Below, in pieces: positions 24,717 through 35,148 of a stretch of DNA of 53,327 bases. Made by a program: the position numbers and the translations under genes. The stretch lies in assembly GCA_040770845.1 (NCBI GenBank), contig JAXGIH010000001.1, forward strand, positions 1-53,327. The letters run 5' to 3'. Numbering within the stretch: the first letter of the stretch is position 1; each line of letters starts with the position of its first letter. The DNA is from Candidatus Cloacimonas sp. (GTDB taxonomy: Bacteria; Cloacimonadota; Cloacimonadia; Cloacimonadales; Cloacimonadaceae). The notes under the pieces were generated by a model. The model was not told the origin of the DNA. It did not search any database and worked only from the letters and a program-made list of their open reading frames with translations.

Positions 24717-26501
24717 TTTATCCGTGTTTATGAGTAATTTTGCGGTAACTTGTCCGTTGAATATAGAGCGTTTAAAGTAATGCGTATGCAATAGTTTAAG
24801 AGCAAGTTTGGAATTGGGTTCACCCAGAAATTTCTCATACACTTTTAGAACTTCAGGATTATGATGCGACATTCTGACAGGTAAATTGCGGTCTTCTTCA
24901 TATAAAGCCAAACCTCTTCTCGCTCTGGAAGCAATATCATTGCCGTAAGGTTGGCCTCCTCCACCTACACAACCTCCCGGACAAGCCATAATTTCAATAA
25001 AATGCCAGGGGGATTCACCTTTTGTGGCAAGACCTTCACGCACACGATCAAGAACCTTACGCGCGTTGGAAAGTCCATGAGCAACAGCTACATTCACTTT
25101 TCCAAAGCCGGGAACATCAACCGATGCTTCTTTAACTCCTTCCAAGCCACGCACTGCCGTAATATCCACATTCTGCAAATCCGTGCCAGTTACAAGGTAA
25201 TAAGCACTACGAATTGCAGCTTCCATAACTCCGCCTGTGGCTCCAAAAATTGTTCCTGCACCTGTATAAAAACTCATTCCTTCGTCCGGTTCTTCATCCG
25301 GTATGTTAGCAAAATCAATTCCCGCTTCTTTAATCATCCGAATAAATTCCCGCGTAGTTAAAACATAATCGGTATCCTGAAAACCGCTATCGCTTAATTC
25401 CGGACGTCGTGCTTCAAATTTCTTAGCGGTGCATGGCATAATAGCAACCGAGACAATATTGGCAGGATCAATTCCTTTTTCCTGAGCATAATAGGTCTTG
25501 GAAAGAACTCCAAACATACTCATAGGGGATTTTGCCGTTGAAACACAATCCGCCAAATCGGGATAATAGGTCTCCATAAATTTAATCCAACCGGGAGAAC
25601 AGGAAGTAATCAGCGGTCTCTTTTCTCCCGCTTTCAGTTTGGTTACGCATTCCGTGCCTTCTTCCATAATGGTTAAATCGGCAGTAAAATTGGTATCCAT
25701 AACCGAATCAAAACCGATTTTACGCAGAGCTGCATACATTTTTTTAGGAGTTACGCTACCTAAAGGCATTCCAAATTCTTCACCTAAAGAAACACGAATG
25801 GAAGGTGCTTCCTGAACTATCACATGTTTTTCAGGGTCTAAAATAGCTTCCCAAACAGCATCCAGTTCACATCTTTCGTGCAATGCACCCGTAGGACAAT
25901 AAACAGTACACTGACCACAATTAACACATGGGCTATTTGCCATTCCCTGACTGAAGGCAGTATCAATATGGGTATCAATTCCTCTTTCAGCAAAAGTGAG
26001 AGCATAAACCGTTTGCACTTCGTTACATACGGTTATACAACGTCCACATCCGATACATTTATTGGTATCCCGGATAATGGATAAACTGGATTCATCCGCC
26101 GGTTTTTTCACTAAGATATTAGGTAAGGCATCCGAATCTACTCCCAGGTTATTTGCCAGGGTCTGTAACTCGCATTTATTATTGGCAGGACATGTAGGAC
26201 AAGTTACATCATGATTGGAAAGAATCATTTCTACAACTGTTTTACGATAGGAACGAAGTTTCTGAGAATTAGTAACAATTTTCATTCCTTCAGCCACAGG
26301 AGTACAACAGGCACGTTTGGGAGTTGGATTTCCTGCAATTTCCACAACACAAACACCACAATTTCCTGTAGGAGGTAAATCGGGGTGATAACACAAACGG
26401 GGAATATAAATTCCAATTTTATCTGCGGCTTCTATAATAGTCATTGTCTCCGGAACTTCCAGATGATGACCGTCTATAAAGACATTTACTGTTTTAGCCA
26501 T
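24717..26501 (-). CDS. hydA: [FeFe]-hydrogenase group A catalytic subunit (HydA/HndD-like, M3 architecture); true stop probably near 24717, with read-through to 24588 likely due to an indel
   Basis: [2Fe-2S], His-ligated [4Fe-4S] and 2x[4Fe-4S] motifs; H-cluster motifs TSCSPGW, MPCTAKKFE, EIMACPGGCVGGGGQP. Confidence 0.96.
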
Positions 26502-26522
26502 AATATCAATCCTCTTATTTTC

Positions 26523-28085
26523 TTACTTTTTAGTTATTTCAATGAATTCATCGGTAAAATTTTCAATCGCACTGCGGACAGCCATAATTGGCGATTGACC
26601 TAAAGCACAGAAAGATGTTTGCTGCATCGTTTCAGCTATTAAGAGCATTAAATTCACATCTTCCATAGTCCCGTTTCCTTTGCGGATTTTGGATATTAGC
26701 TGATAAAGCTGTTGGGTTCCGTTTTTACAAGGAGAACATTTTCCGCAGGATTCATGGCGGAAGAAACGCAGAATACTCCAAAGCAAATCAACAATACTCT
26801 GGTGTTCATTCAAAACTAAAATGGCTCCGCTCCCTAAAACAGCAGAATATTGATTCAAGCTGGTAAAATCCATTTTCACATCTAAAAGGCGATCGGAAAG
26901 TATAACTCCTGCCGCTCCACCTACTAATGCTGCTTTGAAACGGAACCCTTTTTTCATTCCACCTGCATAATCGTTAATAATAGTTCTTAAAGTTGTTCCC
27001 ATATCCACTTCACAAAGTCCCGGATAGGCAACATCCCCAAGAATAGTATAAACCTTGGTTCCAGGACAATCAGGGGTTCCCAATTTAAGAAATTCGTCCG
27101 CACCTTTGGCAATAATGAAAGGCACATTTGCCAAGGTCTCTACATTGTTTACTACTGTAGGCGCTTTCCAAAGTCCTTCCACTCCAGGAAAAGGGGGTTT
27201 CCAACGCGGATTTCCTCTATTTCCTTCCAGGGATTCAATCAAAGCTGTTTCTTCTCCGCAAACATAAGCACCGGCACCGATTTTCAGTTCAATATCCAAG
27301 TTAAAACCGCTGTCAAAGATGTTCTTGCCTAAAATACCATATTCATAAGCTTCTTTAATTGCCTTTTCCAAACGCGCTATACAGAGTTTATATTCACCTC
27401 TTATATAGATGTATGCCTTACTAGCACCTACAGCATAGGCACAAAGCATAATTCCTTCCAGCAATTGATGCGGATCTCCTTCCATAATTAAACGGTCTTT
27501 AAAAGTTCCTGGTTCACCTTCATCAGCATTAACAACTACATATTTTTGGGGAACATTAAGACCTGCGGTAAAGCTCCATTTAAGACCTGCTGGAAATGCT
27601 GCTCCGCCTCTTCCTTTCAATCCCGATTTTTTCACTTCGGCAATAATATCATTTGGTTGCATATTAGTTAATGCCTTTTCCAATGCTACATAACCGCCAG
27701 CACCAATATAGTCATCAATATTTTCGGGGTCAATGATACCTGAATTGCGTAAAACAATGCGATTTTCATAGTTAAACTTGGGGCTGAATTTTTCTGTAAC
27801 TCCAACCATTAAGCGTTTTACCGGGCGTCCTTTCAGGAAATGTTCCTGCACAAGTTCCGGAATATCTTCTATTTTAACGCCTTCATAATTGATGTTTTCG
27901 GGATATACAGTCAAGCAAATCCCTCTGCCGAAAAAGCCCAAAGGTCCTGTTTCCAGAATATTGATTTCTTCCGCTAAATCATTTTTGGCTAATTCATTGC
28001 GGAGAGCAGTAATAAATTCCTGAACTCCAGCTGCGAGAGAGGTCTCATTAATTGAGACCAAAATATGACTGCGATAGAATTTCAT
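26523..28085 (-). CDS. NuoF-like FMN/NADH-binding subunit, short form (non-bifurcating-type signatures, no C-terminal 2x[4Fe-4S])
   Basis: GRGGAAFP, ADEGEPGTFKDR, GAGAYVCGEETAL, GGAAG, HESCGKCSPC...C; ends at 520 aa. Confidence 0.93.
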   Translation of the reverse strand: MKFYRSHILVSINETSLAAGVQEFITALRNELAKNDLAEEINILETGPLGFFGRGICLTVYPENINYEGVKIEDIPELVQEHFLKGRPVKRLMVGVTEKFSPKFNYENRIVLRNSGIIDPENIDDYIGAGGYVALEKALTNMQPNDIIAEVKKSGLKGRGGAAFPAGLKWSFTAGLNVPQKYVVVNADEGEPGTFKDRLIMEGDPHQLLEGIMLCAYAVGASKAYIYIRGEYKLCIARLEKAIKEAYEYGILGKNIFDSGFNLDIELKIGAGAYVCGEETALIESLEGNRGNPRWKPPFPGVEGLWKAPTVVNNVETLANVPFIIAKGADEFLKLGTPDCPGTKVYTILGDVAYPGLCEVDMGTTLRTIINDYAGGMKKGFRFKAALVGGAAGVILSDRLLDVKMDFTSLNQYSAVLGSGAILVLNEHQSIVDLLWSILRFFRHESCGKCSPCKNGTQQLYQLISKIRKGNGTMEDVNLMLLIAETMQQTSFCALGQSPIMAVRSAIENFTDEFIEITKK

Positions 28086-28540
28086 TATCTCCTCCCTCTG
28101 ATTCTTTCAATAATTTCTTCCACTTTCTCTTCCGTGAGGTCACCGTAAACATCATCATTAATCATCATCACAGGTGCATTTCCACAAACACCTAAACAGG
28201 AAGTAAATTCAAGTGTGAATAAGCCGTCTTTCGTTGTTTCGCCAATATTGATGCCAAGCAGAACTTTCAGTTTCCGCAGCATATTGTCCGAGCCCTTAAT
28301 ATAACAGGGTGGTGATTCGCAAAGGCGGATAATATTTTTGCCTCTTGGTTTAGTGCTATACATAGTGTAAAATGTCAGCACTCCATAAATATGATTCACA
28401 GGAATATCAAGATATTCAGCAACAGTATCTACTGCTTCAGGAGAAATATAGTGCTGAGGGTCTTGATCCTGAATTTCATGGAGAATCTGAATCAGATTAT
28501 CCTTACGGGGAGCATATTTTTGACAAATTTCTTTTATCAT
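28085..28540 (-). CDS. NuoE-like [2Fe-2S] subunit (HydC/HndA-like), copy 2
   Basis: CESPPC...SCLGVCGNAPVM. Confidence 0.93.
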   Translation of the reverse strand: MIKEICQKYAPRKDNLIQILHEIQDQDPQHYISPEAVDTVAEYLDIPVNHIYGVLTFYTMYSTKPRGKNIIRLCESPPCYIKGSDNMLRKLKVLLGINIGETTKDGLFTLEFTSCLGVCGNAPVMMINDDVYGDLTEEKVEEIIERIRGRR

Positions 28541-28552
28541 AGCTCTTATCCT

Positions 28553-30412
28553 TTATTCTTCTTGATTTTGTTTTTGTAATTCCTCTGCTGCACGCATTGC
28601 TTTAACTTCCGGATGCATTCCGGGAATTTTAGAAATAGCTTTTACAGGGCATACATCCATACAGGTTCCGCATTTTATGCAAGGCAGCTGATTGATTGTA
28701 TATTTTTCTTCCCGACTACCGGAAATGCACATTACAGGACATTTGCGGGAACATAAAGAACATCCTATGCATTTGTCTTTGTCTATCTCAAAATGCATTA
28801 AATCGGAACAGACCTTATTGGCGCAACTTTTATCCCTGATATGAGCTTCATATTCATCACGAAAATAGCGAATTGTGGAAAGAACAGGATTGGGAGCTGT
28901 TTGTCCTAATCCACAAAGGGAAATCTTGGAAATGGTTTCTCCCAGGTGTTGAAGTTCTTCAATATCCCCTTCTTTGCCATATCCGCTGTCAATCCTCTTT
29001 AATATTTCCAGCATTTGTTTCAAGCCAATCTTGCAGGGAGAACATTTTCCACAGGATTCATCCACGCAGAAATCCATAAAGAACTTGGCAACATTCACCA
29101 TACACTTTTCTTCATTCATTACAATCACTCCCCCCGAACCCATCATCGCTCCACGTTCTTTTAAGCTTTCATAATCAATAGGAACATCCAAATGCTGAGT
29201 AGTTAAACAGCCACCACTGGGACCTCCTAATTGAACTGATTTGAATTTGTGGTCGCCAATCATTCCTCCGCCTACATCAAAAATCAGTTCCCGTAAAGTA
29301 ATTCCCATTGGAACTTCAACCAAACCGGTATTTCTTATATCTCCTGTTAAAGCAAAGACCTTTGTCCCTTTACTGTTTTCTGTTCCCATAGAAGCAAACC
29401 AATCAGCTCCTTTTAGAATTATAGTTGCAATATTGCCTAAGGTCTCTACATTATTTACTACGGTTGGCTTTTTATAAAGACCTTGCACTGCAGGATAGGG
29501 TGGTTTGGGAGTTGGATTTCCTCTTTGACCTTCAATGGATTGAATTAAAGCTGTTTCTTCGCCACAAACAAAGGCACCTGCACCCGTTCTAACTTCAGCT
29601 TCAAAACTGAATTCACTGCCAAAGATGTTTTTACCTAACAAACCGGTTTCCTTAGCTTTTTCAATAGCCATTTTGATCCGCTTGATAGCCAAGGGATATT
29701 CTGCCCGGATATAAAAATATCCGTTTTTGGCTCCGATAGCATAAGCAGCAATCATCATTCCTTCCAAAACACGATGCGGATCACCTTCCAATAAACTTCT
29801 ATCCATAAAAGCACCGGGATCGCCTTCGTCTCCATTGCAAATAAAGTATTTTTCCTCGGAAGGATTGTCGTGCACCATTTGCCATTTAAGGTAAGTAGGA
29901 AAACCACCTCCTCCCCTTCCCCGCAATCCTGATTTTTTAATAATATCTATGGTCTGCTGAGGAGTTAGAGTAGTTAAAACAGTTCCCAATGCTTCATAAC
30001 CACCGGTAGCAATGTATTCTTCAATGCTTTCCGGATCAATATAACCGCAATTGGCAAGGGCTACTTTCACCTGTTTTTGGTAAAAAGGGATTTCTTTCTG
30101 CGTAAGGAAGGTCTTATCTTCTTCATCCTGAAGCATCAAACGCTTTACGGGACGCCCCTTTAAAAAGTGTTCATTCACAATTTCTTCTACATCATCAGGG
30201 GTAACTTTTTTGTAGAAAACACCTTCCGGGTAAATTACAATTACTGGACCATAATCACAGGGTCCCATACAACCGGTTTCAATGATGTTGATTTCATTTG
30301 TCAGTCCCTTAGTTTTCAGGACATTATGAAACTGTTCTTTAACTTTCAAAGCACCGGCACTTACACATCCTGACCCACAGCAAATCAATAGGTCAATACG
30401 TTTTAATGACAT
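28553..30412 (-). CDS. NuoF-like FMN/NADH-binding subunit, full-length (HydB/HndC, bifurcating-type signatures)
   Basis: N-terminal CCGSGC...GCMGPC, GDEGDPGAFMDR, GAGAFVCGEE, GGPSGG, ESCGKCSPC and C-terminal 2x[4Fe-4S]. Confidence 0.95.
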   Translation of the reverse strand: MSLKRIDLLICCGSGCVSAGALKVKEQFHNVLKTKGLTNEINIIETGCMGPCDYGPVIVIYPEGVFYKKVTPDDVEEIVNEHFLKGRPVKRLMLQDEEDKTFLTQKEIPFYQKQVKVALANCGYIDPESIEEYIATGGYEALGTVLTTLTPQQTIDIIKKSGLRGRGGGGFPTYLKWQMVHDNPSEEKYFICNGDEGDPGAFMDRSLLEGDPHRVLEGMMIAAYAIGAKNGYFYIRAEYPLAIKRIKMAIEKAKETGLLGKNIFGSEFSFEAEVRTGAGAFVCGEETALIQSIEGQRGNPTPKPPYPAVQGLYKKPTVVNNVETLGNIATIILKGADWFASMGTENSKGTKVFALTGDIRNTGLVEVPMGITLRELIFDVGGGMIGDHKFKSVQLGGPSGGCLTTQHLDVPIDYESLKERGAMMGSGGVIVMNEEKCMVNVAKFFMDFCVDESCGKCSPCKIGLKQMLEILKRIDSGYGKEGDIEELQHLGETISKISLCGLGQTAPNPVLSTIRYFRDEYEAHIRDKSCANKVCSDLMHFEIDKDKCIGCSLCSRKCPVMCISGSREEKYTINQLPCIKCGTCMDVCPVKAISKIPGMHPEVKAMRAAEELQKQNQEE

Positions 30413-30427
30413 TCTTTTCCTCCAGAA

Positions 30428-30793
30428 TCAGTTGCCTGTAGCGACAACATAATCTGAAACGATTCTGCCATTTACTATGTGTTCTACAACTACCTTTTTA
30501 ACTTTTTCGGGAGTCATATTGCCGTAAGTAACTTTTGGCTTGCCTTCTTCAATAATATCCACAACGGGTTCCAGGGAAGAAAGCCCTTTTTCACCTGTTT
30601 GAGTAACTAAAACATCAGTTAAATTGCGGTTAGCAATTTCTTCCAGGAAGGTTTTCATAACTTCTCTTGCGCCCATAGCGATTCCGGATGTGCCCATCCC
30701 GACCACTATTTTGATGCGTGTGTTTCCACCGCGAAGTTTCATTTCTTCACAGGCTTTTTCACGGATTTTTTTAAGGTCTGCGAGTGTTTTCAT
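30428..30793 (-). CDS. HndB-like thioredoxin-fold ferredoxin subunit lacking its cluster cysteines
   Basis: IVVGMGTSGIAMGAREV...VTQTGEKGLSSLEPVVDI...YGNMTPE. Confidence 0.85.
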   Translation of the reverse strand: MKTLADLKKIREKACEEMKLRGGNTRIKIVVGMGTSGIAMGAREVMKTFLEEIANRNLTDVLVTQTGEKGLSSLEPVVDIIEEGKPKVTYGNMTPEKVKKVVVEHIVNGRIVSDYVVATGN

Positions 30794-31360
30794 CAGACAT
30801 CCTCCATATTTGTGTTTTGTATTCCTTCTAATAATGATTGATCAATGTATTCAATAACATCGGGATAAGTTAAAGGTATATATCCCAATTCTTCTTTTAT
30901 AGCTGCGGTATCAAAATAAAAGCTTTTTCCACTCCGCCTTTATTACTGGTTAAGTTTAATAGTAAAATCAACTTCGGGATGACCTATAACAGCACCTAAA
31001 AGAGTATCTTTCAGGTTTCCCAGGGGCATTCTGTCTATATGATCTAATTGAAAGTCCACCGTTAAAACAGTGCCAAAACCAGGTTCGCTGGTCATTTTGA
31101 AACTGCCGTTAGTTGCTTCTGCATTTTGTTTTATAAGAGGTATACCAAGCCCTACTTTTTTCTCCCGTTCTTCTTTAGAAGATAGAATGGACTTTGTGCC
31201 TTATCCAGAGTTTGAGAATCCATTCCTATTCCGTCATCTTCCACAATTAACCGTAATATATTATCTGCACATCACAAATAATGCGGATTTTTATGTTCTT
31301 TGCTTTGGCACGAACAGAATTTTCTATAATATCCAGAAGGTGTAACGAAATATCTTGCAT
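30793..31360 (-). CDS. HATPase_c (histidine-kinase-like ATPase) hydrogenase-associated protein, frameshifted
   Basis: MQDISLHLLDIIENSVRAKAK, DDGIGMD, KVGLGIPL, EPGFGT, HIDRMPLGNL. Confidence 0.85.
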
Positions 31361-31373
31361 TTCAGAAACCGGA

Positions 31374-31853
31374 TTATTTGTAGCGTTTCAGGATTTCGGC
31401 TATTTTATCCTTACTGTCTATTCTACCGTAAGTTTCTTCTCCGATTACAAATACCGGAGCTAAAGAACAGGCACCTACACAGCGCACTGAACTCATCGTA
31501 AAAAGACCGTCCTTTGTTGTTTCGCCCATTTTTAATTCCCAATTCTTCTGAAAGCATTTGGACTGCAAGCGGGCTCCTTTAACGAAACAAGCAGTGCCTA
31601 AACAAACATTAAGATTATATTTTCCCCGAGGATCATCGTAAAAAAATTGTAAAAAGTAACTACACCATAAATCTGATTCACAGGAATATTTAATTCTTGA
31701 GCAATAAATTCCTGAACTTCCACCTTCAGGTAACCAAATATTTCCGGGCAAACGAAGAATTTCAATAAGAGGATTGCGGATTTTTTTCTTTTCTTCAATC
31801 ACTTTTTTCAGATGAGCATACTGGTCATTCTGCATCTGATCTGCGGGAATCAT
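31374..31853 (-). CDS. NuoE-like [2Fe-2S] subunit (HydC/HndA-like), copy 1, frameshifted
   Basis: IYGVVTFYNFF, VCLGTACFVKGA, VRCVGACSLAPV. Confidence 0.88.
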   Translation of the reverse strand: MIPADQMQNDQYAHLKKVIEEKKKIRNPLIEILRLPGNIWLPEGGSSGIYCSRIKYSCESDLWCSYFLQFFYDDPRGKYNLNVCLGTACFVKGARLQSKCFQKNWELKMGETTKDGLFTMSSVRCVGACSLAPVFVIGEETYGRIDSKDKIAEILKRYK

Positions 31854-31879
31854 AATTTCTCCTTATTTTATCTATATTT

Positions 31880-32619
31880 TTATTAAATTTCAATTTTACG
31901 CCTCCCACAACCCTTTGCCGCCAAAAACAATTCCTGTACCGAAGGTTTTCTACAGTTATTATGCTGTAGCCCTTGCCAATATCATTTAAGTAATGAGCAT
32001 CCGAGGCACGCAAAAAGACCTTATCCTTAAAATAAGGATTATCCTGCACCCAGATTTTAACATCCAGACAAGCGCTGATCCCGAAAAGCTGAAATTGAGG
32101 CACTTCTGGCATAAAACCCAGCTGACTTAAGATACTATTTACACTGGAATCAATATGAGCCGGAACAACAAGTCCATTATATGCCTGAACCTTTTCCACT
32201 ACAGTGTTTAAGTTCCACTGTGAGGAATTTATTAGAGCGCGTGGTTCCACTCTTAAAATGTTCTCATTTTCGTCAATGATTACTTGATCCCCGAAAAAAT
32301 CGGGATCGTTATCAAGCGGAAACAAGCTTTCATAAAGTTCTGTATTGAATTTTTCAGCGGAAGAAAAATCGTCAAAATAGGCAAGGAGATGAATTTCTTC
32401 CACACTTTGAATTTCTATTCCCCAAGTGAAAAATAGTCCTTCTTTTTCCGCTACTTTTTGGTAGGCAGGACAATTTGCCATACTGTTATGATCAGTAATT
32501 GCCAGCCATTGAATGCCAAATTGCTTTAATCTTTGCATAATTGAATTGGGAGACATCTCCAAACCCCCACAAGGAGATAAAACAGAATGAATATGTAAAT
32601 CAGCGCGGAGCGATAGCAT
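31880..32619 (-). CDS. PHP-domain phosphoesterase/phosphatase
   Basis: ADLHIHSVLSPC, AITDHNS, EEIHLL, VPAHID, SDAHYL. Confidence 0.9.
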
Positions 32620-32972
32620 CCGAAAAAACTTGTGGATAAAGTAATTTGTATAGAATACCGGCAAGTTCAAAAGTGGGTAACTTGCTGGAAATGAGTAAAA
32701 TGCCTTCTTCAATTGCTTTTTCTATAATTAAGGGCTCTGGTTCATTTCCTTTGGCAAAAATTATTGCCGGAATTCCTGTCATAGAAGCAACAGCAATAAC
32801 ATTCAGATGTTTCATAATCGTTATCCAAACCTGTCCTGATTGGGCAGAACCCCATAACATCACTTAACATATCACAAACATAGGCACCGTTTATTTCCAC
32901 TCCTTCAAGGGACAATGCAGGAGTGCAGTTAATGCCATTAATAGCAGTAACATAATCAATTAGCTTAATCAT
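32600..32972 (-). CDS. DRTGG domain protein (copy 2), frameshifted
   Basis: GAYVCDMLSDVMG...GQVWITIMKHLNVIAVASM. Confidence 0.85.
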
Positions 32973-34274
32973 TTATCTTATCCTTATCTTGATTTTCTAC
33001 TTCTTCACTATCTTTACTGCTTTGACGCTTTAAAAGCACAACGCAATCATCAATAGAATGCCTTTCCTAAAACAATATCTTCTGCCAGAGCATAGCAACT
33101 TGGGCTTCCACAGGCACTACAATCAAGACCCGGAAGCATTATGAGGATTTCATTGATTTGTTTCATTTTCTGAATTGCTTTTTTAATATCTTTATCCAGC
33201 TCCATAATTGGTCTGGGAGCGAGTGGAACTACAGCAAATTCACCTTTTTGATAAAGCTCATAGAGCTCACTGAAATCAAAATCCCTGCCCTGACCTTCTT
33301 TAATCATTTTTTTTATTCTGCTCATAGCTACGAAAGGATTTTCCACATTCAAACAACCACCTACACAACCATTTGTACAAGTTCGTAATACAATATAGTC
33401 ATATTGATCAAGGTAATGATCTTCCACCGGGATAGATTTCCATCACATTTTCCACTCCGTTTACAGATAAAGTGCGATATCCTCACAATCCAACAAGCTC
33501 TGCCTGCACTCCAGAAAGAGCCCAGGTTAAGCCGCTAGGGTATGTTTCAATAGAAGGAGGATTATTTTGGAGCTCTTTTAAAGGAGTCCCCTTATTTTAC
33601 CATAAATCATTCCAATAGAAAGCGCCGTCCTGAAGATGTTTATAAGCACCTTCCGGTTGGTGAACTGCCGTAACATGAGCAATGCAAGGAACAATTAAAA
33701 AGATGCCAATTTCTTTTTCTTCCAAACCGTATTCTTTGCTTATCTTATCTCTAAAATACCTGGTTAAAATGCTCATTGGAGCTTCCTGGTGAAAAAGATT
33801 CGGCAGTAAAGAAGGATATTTTAATTGAATTAAACGCACAACAGATGGACACTTACTACTTAAAATAGGTCTTTTATCCCGATTTTTTCTGATATAATCA
33901 CGAATAATGTTAATCATAAAATCCGTTACTGCCGCTTCTTCTGCCACTTGATCAAAACCGAGATTTAGAACTGCCTGTTTGGCAACTTGATAGCTAATAT
34001 CTTCTGTAAATTGACCAAAAAAAGAAGACGAAATAATAGCCAGCTTGTATTTAAACTGATGAATTATTTCCAGAGGATCGCTTAACGGAATTATAGCATG
34101 AAAACGACAAACATTTACACAATTGCCACAATCCACACAACGGTAAGGATCAATATTTGCCTTGTGGTCTCTAACCCTTATTGCTTCTGTAGGACAAACT
34201 CTAACGCAAGCAGTGCAGCCGGTACAATTATCTGCTAAAATCTGCAGAGCATGAAAATATTTCGTTTCAGTCAT
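32965..34274 (-). CDS. Divergent [FeFe]-hydrogenase-like (group D/putative sensory) Fe-S protein with C-terminal FeS domain, frameshifted
   Basis: N-terminal 2x[4Fe-4S]; modified H-domain motifs SSKCPSVV, VPCIAHVT, VLRTCTNGCVGG; C-terminal LPGLDCSACGSPSC. Confidence 0.85.
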
Positions 34275-34286
34275 ATCGCTTTTATC

Positions 34287-34775
34287 TTAGAAAAATATTA
34301 TTATTTCTACTAAGGTGGGAGAATTTAATGCCGATGTTATATGCAATGCATCACTGTTTTTTTGAATATTAGGTAAGCCCAAACCGGCTCCAAAACCTAA
34401 TTCGCGCACTAAATCATCGGCTGTAGAAAAACCGGGGGTCATTGCTTGTTGAATATTACTAATTCCAGGTCCGTTATCCATAAACTGCATATAAATTAGA
34501 TTATCAAACACATTGCTGATCATTTTTCCACCTTGAGAATGAGCAGCAACATTTATTTCTGCCTCATAACCCGCAACTGCAATGCGTCTTAAAATTTCCG
34601 AATCTACTCCTAAGCGTTTTAGCAAATTCTTCAATTCCGAGGAACCCTTTCCAGCAATATTAAAATCCTTCCCTGGAATATCAAGTTCCAAAACTACTTC
34701 CGGTTCTCTTTTTTGAGCAAAAAAGTCCCGCACTTTTTCTTCAAAATTTGGTTTTATATACCAATATTCGGACAT
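34287..34775 (-). CDS. RsbT-like anti-sigma/Ser-Thr kinase ATP-binding protein
   Basis: DFNIAGKGSS, YEAEINVAAH, DNGPGI, AMTPGFSTA, GFGAGLGLPNI. Confidence 0.88.
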   Translation of the reverse strand: MSEYWYIKPNFEEKVRDFFAQKREPEVVLELDIPGKDFNIAGKGSSELKNLLKRLGVDSEILRRIAVAGYEAEINVAAHSQGGKMISNVFDNLIYMQFMDNGPGISNIQQAMTPGFSTADDLVRELGFGAGLGLPNIQKNSDALHITSALNSPTLVEIIIFF

Positions 34776-34776
34776 T

Positions 34777-35124
34777 TCAAATTCGGCAACTGCGGAGTCC
34801 TGCATTATATAATATCCCACTTGAACGGTATAAAGTCATATTAGTTGCAACTAATGGAAGACCTCGTTCTTTTGCCATATCAATAACATCTTGCATTGGT
34901 TTTTTACCACGAACGAAAACAATGCCTATTAAATCTATCATATCGGCAAGACGGATTACCTGATTATTGGTAAGTCCGGTTAAAAGTAGGGTTGGCTCCT
35001 TGGTGCACATCAGAATATCGGAAATTAAATCCGAGGCAAAAGCACAAGGAACTTCCCGGTTCAAATCAGCTCCTTCGTAAAGAACTTCCGCTTCCAGAAG
35101 TTCTACAATATCTCGTAAGGTCAT
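34777..35124 (-). CDS. DRTGG domain protein (copy 1)
   Basis: AFASDLISDIL...LLLTGLTNNQVIRLADM...IVFVRGKKP. Confidence 0.88.
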   Translation of the reverse strand: MTLRDIVELLEAEVLYEGADLNREVPCAFASDLISDILMCTKEPTLLLTGLTNNQVIRLADMIDLIGIVFVRGKKPMQDVIDMAKERGLPLVATNMTLYRSSGILYNAGLRSCRI

Positions 35125-35148
35125 TCACTTTTTCCCTTAATCTTTTTT

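Noticed and set aside
26523-30412. Second NuoF/NuoE as an assembly duplication or complex I genes
   Set aside because: The copies differ substantially in sequence and signature motifs, and no membrane nuo genes are present
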